The notes beneath the pieces are model-generated. The model was given only the letters and a program-made list of their open reading frames with translations. It had not been told where the DNA came from and did no database searches. Made by a program: the position numbers and the translations under genes. A stretch of DNA of 64,000 bases from the human T2T-CHM13v2.0 reference genome, Homo sapiens: assembly GCA_009914755.4 (NCBI GenBank), contig CP068257.2, positions 9,312,001 to 9,376,000 on the forward strand. Direction: 5' to 3'. Positions 54,246 to 64,000 of this stretch are shown in pieces (position 1 is the first letter of the stretch; every line of letters begins with the position of its first letter).

Positions 54246-54424
54246 AACTTCTGTGTATTTATTGAGGGAGGTGATTTGGGTGGGGATGGTGGAAGGATTG
54301 GGGCATGTGAAAGAGAAGGAGTCCTGGTTTGTAAGTTAGATCATGTGAGGGATAGGGATAGGGAGTGGAGCACAGGGTGAATGAGACCACACACGTGTAA
54401 GAGGGAATGATGAGCAGGCAGGAA

Positions 54425-54888
54425 GAGAGGGTTGGTGTAGGAAAGGGTTGGTGCAGGAAAGGGGTGGTGTAGGAAAGGGTGGTATAGGAAAGGGGTGGTG
54501 TAGGAAAGGGTGGTGTAGGAAAGGGGTGGTGTAGGAAAGGGGTGGTGTAGGAAAGGGTGGTGTAGGGAAGGGTTGGTGTAGGGAAGGGGTGGTGTAGGAA
54601 AGGGGTGGTGTAGGAAAGGGATGTTGTAGGAAAGGGTGTTGCAGGAAAGTGTTGGTGTAGGCAAGGGTTGGTGTAGGAAAGGTGTGGTGTAGGGAAGGGG
54701 TGATATAGGAAAAGTTTGGTGTAGGAAAGGCTTGGTGTAGGAAAGGCTTGGTGTAGGAAAGATTTGGTGTAGGAAAGGGGTGTTGTAGGAAAGGGTTGAT
54801 GTAGGAAAGATTTGGTGTACGAAGGGATTGGTGTAGGAAAGGGGTTGTGTAGGAAAGTGTTGGTGTAGGAAAGGGGTGGTGTAGGGTG
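54425..54888. repeat. G-rich minisatellite, ~16-bp unit (15-17) x~29
   Basis: ggtgtaggaaaggggt / ggtgtaggaaagggtt repeats. Stop-poor on the minus strand, which gives three overlapping 189-237-aa artefactual ORFs. Confidence 0.95.
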
Positions 54889-56845
54889 CTGACATTTGCA
54901 TAAATTGCACTGGGGTAGGAGTGGATGATGATGGAAAGTTGGAAGAATGTGATATTTTGGTGGAAATAACAACTTAGAAACTGAGTCATCTTTTAGCTAC
55001 AGAGAAGGGTATTCCCTTCACCATATAGTGAGCGGTTGCTGTATCCATGGCTCTTGACAAAGATGTTCACTTTGTGCCTTTTCCTGCATTATTGGCATCT
55101 GGAGTTCTAACAGCCAAGAGAGACAGAGGTCATAGTGGAATCAATATTTCTATTACAGATAAGAAAATCCCAGAAGGAGGGCCTACATAGATTAACCTGT
55201 ACACAACCAAACTAAGATTTAAGAATTTTTCTGAAGATAATCCTGGGATTATGTCTCACATTTCATTTTAAGCTTCTTTCTTCATTTCCCTTTGCTTTAT
55301 ATTTCTCTCTCCTATTTTATTCCTCCTTGAAATAAAATGGGACAATAATGTGTTTTAAATGTAGAATCAAGGAGTAACAAGAAATCATCATTTCAACTGC
55401 TATCATGTCCAGTGAAATTAAATGCTTGGATAATTACTTTGTTAATTACTAACAACTCCAAAATTCTGATTCTCAATCCACAGTCTATTGAATCATATAA
55501 ATGGCTTGCTTTTATTGAATGGAAAAAGACAAAGAAGAAAAAGAGTGTCCAGTAGAGAGGAGGAGAAAGCACTACAGGGAACACTAGGGTCCCCATGATA
55601 AGTTCACTTTATTCCACTCCATAGTTCCTGTTAATTAGGAGCTTCCAATCATTGCAGCAACATGGGTTCCTACACTTCAATCCAACCCCTCCTCTTCTAC
55701 TATCCCTAACTTTGACTAGTATGAGATGAATACTTGAGCTCAGCAACTTCCCATGGCTTTCGAATCTCAGGAGTTGTTCTTACTCTTTTTGATATAACAA
55801 CCCTCAATTAATGTTTGGTATTCTTATGCAACCAGTGGGAAAACAAGTATGCATCTGGAAAGCTTAGAAAATATAGAGATAGTCATATACCTAGGCTTGT
55901 TTTTATTTTAATTGAGTAATTTGCAAAGGTATCTTCTATATTAATAAATGCACATTCAATTCAAACAGATTGATATTGAATTAATAGGAAGTAATAAATT
56001 GGTTTATTTATGCTAGTGGAATTAAAAAATCTTGCTACTCTATACATTCAATTTCTAGTCCCTACTTTGAAAAGAGCATTTTCTTCCTTTTGAAATATAT
56101 TTGAGCATAGTAACTTTCAAGGTCCTAAGTTTATTGGCATAATTTAATGGAAAAATGTATGCTCTAAAGCATTCATTTTTTTCCCCAAGCTTTGTGGTTT
56201 TCAATTTCTCATCTACTGGATGGCTTTTAGTTTACATGGCAGAACAGAATCTTCTCAACTTTTTGATTCCCCTGATAAAATATTCAATAGAGAATTAAGC
56301 CAAAATTTGCTTCACCCAAGGACATGATCTCATCCTTATTCTTGTCTTCATGCCTATTGAAATACAGCTATTCTTATATGTATTTAGCTAAGTGATAGGC
56401 TTAAGCATCAGTTATCTTTTTTGGCTAATTTGTTTCAAAAGTAATTGAGCCCATGTACACATGAAATAATATGTAAAACAGTAAAGATCCCTGTACACAA
56501 CAGTATTGAAGCCACTGTAATATTTCAAGACTAAATTAGACACTCTCTTCCTAGCCCCCTTTCACTCCTCCACCCTCCACCACATAGGACACTTTCTGGA
56601 AAAGAAGTCCAGGCAAAGAGACGTTAGTTTAATTGTTGCTAACGTCATATAAAAATGATCACCAACTTGGAATTTCTGAATTCACATGAAAGGGTGATAC
56701 TGAGTTTAAACGTAAAGTTTCATATCCCATTGGTGTCAAAATTGGTGGATAGAAAGAGTACAGGATTGTAAAGCAATTTCAGAGCAAGCTTCTAATGGCA
56801 ACTTTAGTCCACAGTTTGGATCCTGTGCCCACCTGACATCTATTC

Positions 56846-57090
<245 letters not shown>

Positions 57091-58509
57091 TGAAATCTAT
57101 TCTTAGCTGTAGGTGGGGACCAGGACCAGAATCTTCAGAGCAGGCCCTAGAAAGCTGGGAAGTCAGGGGATTCCACTACAGGTTTCTCTATTCTGTCGGC
57201 ATTTTAAGTGGTTCTGTTTAGATCTAGGCACATTAGAGCTACCCCTCAAACAGACGACGACTCTTAAGAGCCCCGGAATTTCTTTATTACCCAGGGAGTC
57301 ACTGGGGACTGGCAGTAGGTGCCAGGTTTGGCGATGGCGTTTTGTGAATCACTGAGCTCATCTCAGGGCAGAGCAGCTTCCTAATGTGACTGTCATCTCC
57401 TCTTCCTTTCCCTCCAACACCAGCCACACTTCACCACACTGGCCAGGTGTTTACCAACCTACCCCTTCGTACAAAGTTCAACCTGACATTGTTTGGTAGT
57501 CAATGATATAAAGCTTGTTGTCTAAGTCAGCATCTGCAGTTTTACCGACTGATAGAAAGGTACAAGATAGAATATGATTCGGGACAGGAGTCATCAACGT
57601 GTTGCCTTTCTGTTGCATGGAATGAACGTTTTGAAGTTGGAAGTGTCCTGAAATTTCAGGACTTCATCTTAAAGATGAAAAAAAGATGAGGTGTCATGCA
57701 CAGCTATTTTGTGGCAGCATTTGAATTCAACCCCAAGTCAAGTTATGATATCTCCTGTGTCAGAGGAAAGTACTTTTGATAATCCTAGAAATATCAAGAC
57801 TCCAGTGGCAGTGAATATTTGATTTCCACTTTGAAATGTAGATCACATTAGCAGGATATTCCCTAAAGGAGCTTTATACACAGTTGGTCCTCCCTCTGTC
57901 AACCTCATCTCCGACTCAAGTGGATCGAGTTCAAAACAGCCACACTTGTTCCAGAAGCCAATTTTGTTTGGGCCATAATATAGAGATGGTCCCATCCAGC
58001 CTTTAAGCATGCTAAGCACAGGTAGCTGTTTGTTACAATAGTTGAAAGGAGAAAGCCATAAAAACAAAGTCTCCCACTATTTCATCCAATTTAAAATTGC
58101 GGAAGGTGACAGAAAATATAACTGAAAGCTTTCCCTAACCTCTCTTTAAAGAAGTCCTAGAAAAAAAAAAGAAAGCATTTATTTCCTTGATGATTTCTAA
58201 GTAATAACTAAATATGGATGCAATTTTGAACCGTGTATGGATGTTCCCAGTATAATGTTCCTCTTTTGGAGACATCGCATCATATTTATTTATCTCACTC
58301 CCTGTCCTTTCCCCCATTAAAGTGGACCTGTGCATAGTTGATGCTTGTACCAAGATACACACCTTCTTCCTGTTTCCAGGACGGTACGATGGGAGGCAGG
58401 AGTGAGTGTCCGGAAAGAGGGAAGAAAAAAAAAAAACAAATCTCATCATTGTTTATTTGTCTACTGCTTTTGGCTCTGCTGAGATGTGAAGTCATTCTCA
58501 TTTCATTGT

Positions 58510-59300
58510 GTTCGGAAGTATAGCCTGCGACTTGTTGAAAGCTTAGCGCTAGACCTGCCTCTCAGAGACTTGCTCCCTCTGGAAATGCCCAGCTGAGGAT
58601 GCGCGTGGTGCGTGTTGAAGAACACTGCCTTAGAGGTGGACACTTGGGGACAGGTGCGCTGCGGCCGGACTCGTGGACAGTTGCGCTGCGGCTGGAGCTG
58701 GCCCCGCATTTCTTCACTTTCTGAATCGTAATGCCCTCAGTGAGTTGCAATTTCATATTGCTACATTTGTTTTTACTGGTGTTAAATTCCGGCAGTTAAA
58801 TCTTTCAAGGGTTACTAAAAAATGCGAATATTTGTGTATTTACATGTCTAAGGAGAAGACCCTTTGGCAATCCAGGAGGAGACAAGGACTCAGGCTTTTT
58901 CTTCCAGTTAACTGTGGAGGACACGCCGTTGCTGCTGTGGCTGCTGAAGGAGGAGAAATCTCCTTGTTCTCCCGTCTTCCTGCTCTCCAGTCCCCTGTCT
59001 GGGCTTCCCATTTGCTGAACACAGCCAGATGCCAGCCGAGCTCAGGAAGCGTAGTTTGCAGGGGGTGTATCCAGAGACACAGCTCGGAGCAAGGGAAGCG
59101 AGAGGAAGAGATCCAACCTTAGGACAAAGGGCCAAGAACTTGGAGAGGACTTGGCCTAGGAGACAATCTAGGGCAAGCACGTTATCCAGGGTGACTGGGC
59201 AGGCAGAGAAACCCCAAGAGGCATAGAGCTCATGTCCGTCCAAAGTAGGAGAGTCTGGGCTCTGCTCTCGGAGTCGGAGCTGGGGGCCTTCAGGGTACTT
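58510..59300. promoter_or_regulatory. CpG-enriched non-repetitive patch (candidate small CpG island / promoter), core ~58590-58720
   Basis: About 14 CpGs in ~200 bp (gcgcgtggtgcgtg, gcgctgcggccggactcgtgg, ttgcgctgcggctgg, ccccgcat, aatcgtaat), against a near-absent CpG background elsewhere. Additional CpGs continue to ~59300. No repeat signature. Confidence 0.3.
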
Positions 59301-62300
59301 CCTATGGAGACAGCCTAGTTTATCAGAAAAAAGGGAACTTTCTTTTTTACCATCTAGCCTTCACCTTGGCAGGGAGACAGGTGTTTTGAGTAGAAACACT
59401 TCAACTCGACATGTCAAACCAGTGCTTCAGCAGAGCTGTGTCTGGCCCGCCCACCTCTCCCCTACCCTCGGTTTTGGTCCAGAGTCTATTCTGAATGTCT
59501 GATGTCTCTCTTGGTTAGTGTGATTGAAATACGGCAGAAAGCCGATTGCATCGTGTGGGGAAGTTGAAATCAATGCAACCAACAATTATATTAACGGTCT
59601 AGTTAAGAATAAAAAAGTAATAAAACAGACGTGCCTTGGTGAACATTTATTTTCTATGGAGAAATAAACATAGTTGCTGCTTTTGGACTCCACCCTGGGC
59701 AACAAGGTAATGAATGTGGAGTTAGGTGGTGACTAAAGAATTTGGATTCTTTCCTCCAGGTTACAATGCTCGTTAAGGGGCAGCCTGTAATGAAACCTGC
59801 GATATGTGCTAGAACCAACTAAATGATTATTTTAAAAGTCACAGTCTGCATGGGGCTTCATAAATTCACGCCAGGGAGAGCTGTCTAATGGGATTGCCAC
59901 CTTCCACCCCCAACGCAGACTTCAAAGCTCCTTGCTAGGTCTCCACTCAAAGGCTTATCCCATGGCCCGAGCAAGGAAGGCCTTTGTGTGTGAAAACACC
60001 TGCCACCCAGCTTCAGGAGCACTGAGCGCTTTCGGCATGGCCGTCCCCACTGGCCCACATGGCATTTCTTACAGTGAGCTTGGTTTTTGACTGCATTGTT
60101 TTGCTTAACAAGCTGTTTTTTTTCTACAGATGTAACCTTTTCCTGTGTTTCCTGACTGGGACATCAGCCAGGTATTCTAGCCAACTTTGGTAGATATATA
60201 TCATTGTTTTTGTGCCAGGCTTGTTTTAAAAAATCTACCTATTGCTTGCCCTGATCAATCCATCACTACCCTTGAAAAGGTCATGGTTCTCTCATCAGGA
60301 AACTTTTCAAAAATCCTTGGCTGTGATTTATCTTATGTTATGGGCTCTGACAGTGATTCTCAGGAAGTGAGGCCCATTAGTTTCTTGTAAGGTCACTCCC
60401 CTGCTGTTGCATGCAGAGTGAGTATCAGTTGTGCTTGCCTGAGTTTGAAGCATCCTCTTGGGTGATTTCAAGGGGGGCAAAGGCAGGGCCATGACTGGTT
60501 TCTGTGTGGAGACTCACACGGGTGAGACAGGTGATCCATGGTGGAGAGGGAGGGTGTCTCTTGTAGGTGCTAGAGCCTCAAAGATAGCTCTTATTTTCAA
60601 TCCTGCTTCTCCAAGATTCAGTTCACAAAGATAAGCATGCCTGGAAATATTTAATATTTTATCTTATTATATTCATATTCTGTGGTTGTTTAAAAATTCT
60701 TCAGTATGTTATAAACAAATGTTTCTGATTGCCCATAAGCTTCGTAGGGACATTAATTATTACTGACATGAGAAATTAAAGGCAGCCTAGATATTATTTT
60801 TAGGAATTACAGCATTTGAAAATCATATTCAGTGAATTTCAGAGAAATTATATCTATACTATTTAACACCGAGTAATGTTTAGTGAAAGGGTCAGACACT
60901 TTGGGGTAAAAAGCGGCATTATGAAGTCAAATAATTTGTTTTCATGTTTAGGAAGACATTTTTAGGGATATAGTTTTGGTTATATGAATTCTTTGTGATA
61001 AGGGCAAAATCAGATATTATACAGGAAGCATTTATGATACCCATTCAATTGTAAGATCTCACTATTTTCCCATTCAATAATCTCAGCCACCTAAAATACG
61101 TCCAGTGTATATTTTCTGTTCTTTCTAGATATATCGTCATTTCAAATGCTCATTTCAGCCATGATCATTTATTCCAGAAGCACTTGTTAGGACATTATAC
61201 TTATTTCCTTTAAGTATAAGGTCCTGTGTTGACTACTGAGAATGAAAAACTGAACAAGACAGAAAGTCCCACCTTGAAGAGCTTCCAAGTGTAGCGAGTC
61301 TCCTGGCATCAGGTATGGCTGGTATCATGGAAACACTCGGCTGACTGTCCAGGAGATGCTGGTTAAGAGGTGGAAGGTGATGGCGTGAAATCAAGTTCAG
61401 GTTCAGGGGACACTCCTGAGAGCATTCCTGCCCTGTCCCCGTGGCCTGAGCGGCCTTCTCAGTTGCACAGGTAGGTTTTCTCTGCTCTGCACTCCCTCTG
61501 TCCCAAGGTACCCTTTAGCAAAGTGTAAATTTGTAAGAGTGGTTAGCCCTGGACTTTATCTCAAGTCTGTAATAAGGGCACCTACACTAAGACTGAAACT
61601 GGAACATGCTATTGGTGATCAAAACATCAGTGTTAATAAGTCACTTAAGTTACATTTATGGACTGGAGAAAGAAATGGAAGAAAATCAGAGTACAAATAA
61701 TAAATGGTTACCAGGTCCCTAGATCTGAAAGGGCGAATACATTCATGCAGTAGGTGTCCAGGATACTCATGTGGTCCTCCTTCATGCTTAGGAACACAGA
61801 CGCTCATCTTCACTATGCAAACCAGAGCCTGCGTGCCTTTCGTGGTCCTTCATATTTGCAGTGTGTGGGTTGGAGTTGCTTTCTTAGCCATGAAAGTGAC
61901 TGAAGGGAATATCAGAGTCTGTTAATGAATGATGCTTAGAGATTTCATTTTCAAAATATATTTTTAAATTACCTAATTATATGATATTGTATTGGAAAGT
62001 TCTTAGATTAGGTTTCACTTTAGAAATGTGATTTGGCCCTAAGAGTGATAGGAAAGAAATATGTTCCTAATTATTCTCAGATAATTAAAATTCATGCTGT
62101 TCTTTATGCTTGTTGAATTAAACATAAAGGGAAGACATCTTATTGTTTAATAATTAAAATAATTTGAATTAGATTTTAAATTGGCCTCAGGAAGATCACC
62201 TTGGTTCATTTACTGATAATACATTCCAAAACTGATGATTCTAACTACTTACCTTTGAAGGAAAAAATTTGGCTTTTTTTCCTCATTTCTTCTCTCCCTC

Positions 62301-64000
62301 CTCCTTGAGAGTAATGTGGTGTGGTGGAAGAAAGATTTGCTGAGTGTTTGGAAGCTTACGTTTTAGCTTGGCCTCCAATATTTCCTCATAGTAAATCTCT
62401 AAAGCCCTTTGAATTCTTTGAATTCAATTTCCTCTGTGGCAAAATGGAGCTAGTAATGCAACCTCATGCAAACAACAGAGACTCAGATGAGAGAACTGAT
62501 ATGAAGACATTAATACAGCTGCAAAACATTATATAAATGCAAGGTATTATAATTACTAGTTCTGGTTCAATACAAGGCACTCCATGCATGTGGAAAATAA
62601 CTACCTATGGCCAAAAGGCGCATCATGAGTGTCTCCTCCTGCCACGGCTCCCCAGGTCTTCCGTCATCCCATTTCATTCCTAGAGGCAACCACTGTTCCT
62701 GGTGAGTGCTAAGGACCTTCTGGAAATAGCGACACAGCAAGAGATTTTGCTAAGTATGTTTAATAGACATAGGGCCCACTTCCCAGGAGAATACCTTTTA
62801 ATTTTAGTAGGACACAGTTTTCTCAAGATTTGCTCAAGATTTAAGGAATCGTACTTGCTCAAGATTTAAGGAATACCACTTAGGAATTTTTTTGGTTAAA
62901 ATAGAAAAGAGTAGGATCTGTATGCTGTTAGCTTGCTGAACCAGCCATTTCTCAGATGTGGGGTGAAATTCATGGAGTACCACCGAAGGGGTGGAAATAA
63001 CACAAGGAGCATGAGGTATCAGCCACATAGCTGCCTTCACTACCCAAAAGGTAGCATTTCTTTTCAAAGCTGTTTCTCCCCTTTCTCGTTTGTAGATCAC
63101 TGGGTGACAGCTCTGACAGAAACGAATAGCAGGTGGGATGACATGCGTTCGTGGGATTTAGGTTATAGTTTGGCTGTAACATATTGCTGTGTCTCTTTTT
63201 CCAGACATGCCTTCATTTCGTAGGCTCAACACCTCTTTTCAACGTAATGATTAGATTCAAGGCCTGCATTTCAGTCAAGACGTAGTCACGAGTCACTGTG
63301 TTCTTATTGTCACAGCTGGGGCTTCAAGCCCACATCAGCTCTTCCAGAAGATCAAGGGAGTCAGGCCACCCAGGAGCAGAGGAGAGGATGTCCCTCAAGA
63401 ATGAGACAGGAAATGCAGAGGAAATGGGACACCACCTGTCCTGGAAGACAAGGCCAGTCACGGTCTCGTAGCACTCATTCTAGGCAATCCACCCACCCAT
63501 GAGGGGAAACGTGGGGAAGAAGAAAGCTTCCCTGCCTGAGACACGTATGGAAGCCAAGAGCTCCTGGGTCATGATACCTGCCCAATTAAGCAGAAACAGG
63601 TTTGGAGACAGAAACGATCATGACACGGACCTCCAGGAAGTGTCTCCTTGACGGACTGGGAAGTCATCTTTGTTGAAGGCATTCGGCCAGAGTGAAACGC
63701 ATCCAGGCCCCTGAGAAATAGGGGAGGCAGAGCCAGAGGGAGGAGAGAGCAGAGGCCAGAGCACAGGCAGGATACAGCACTGTGCCACGGCCACGGGTGT
63801 AAGGGGTGGGGTTCCAAAAGGGTGGCTTGTCCAGAGAGGCCAGCGTTCCAGTGACAGGGATTGTTGCCATCTTCCATTCCCGGTTTCCTCTTGCTGACTG
63901 TATCGTGGAGTGGCTTCATTTCTCAGAGAAGAGCCGTGAAGAGATACAAGCGTCTTCTCTAGCGTGGATCCGCTGCTCTCCTGTGGGACAAAGAGTTCCT

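Noticed and set aside
54259-54989. Three overlapping minus-strand ORFs (189-237 aa) with PFPTP/LSYT repeats
   Set aside because: They are artefacts of the 16-bp G-rich minisatellite, whose C-rich complement lacks stops, and are open in all three frames.
58673-59122. 149-aa ORF overlapping the CpG-enriched patch
   Set aside because: There are no recognisable protein features. The region is better explained as a promoter-like CpG cluster, and the ORF is probably coincidental.

Overview
This window is primate (human or great-ape) nuclear genomic DNA, not a prokaryotic or viral locus. I therefore found no operon, defence island, CRISPR array or similar system to report. It contains at least 13 Alu SINEs on both strands, several with poly-A/T tails. 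One is a 5'-truncated AluY-like copy flanked by an 8-9 bp target-site duplication. Other interspersed repeats are a THE1/MST-type MaLR solo LTR, a second MaLR-like LTR, an L1 ORF2 3' fragment, MIR fragments, a Tigger-family DNA-transposon fragment and a short Tigger/MER2-like MITE. Microsatellites include (TG)n, (AC)n, (TA)n and (TTTC)n. I cannot identify any protein-coding exon or RNA gene by eye. Every long ORF in the six-frame track lies on tandem or simple repeats, or looks like random intronic/intergenic ORF noise. The most unusual property is a dense cluster of at least ten separate minisatellite/VNTR arrays within 64 kb. Unit sizes are 16, 28, about 33, 46, 54, 55, 60, 62, 69 and about 96 bp. 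The largest is a 1.3-kb GC- and CpG-rich array of about 24 copies of a 54-bp unit at 20823-22138. This density resembles subtelomeric or other minisatellite-rich human regions. A 3-kb composite segment (3.1-6.1 kb) holds three different VNTRs flanked by two copies of a ~230-bp dispersed element. A CpG-enriched, non-repetitive patch near 58.5-59.3 kb is a candidate unannotated promoter/TSS. All coordinates were read off by eye and are approximate to within about 10 bp.
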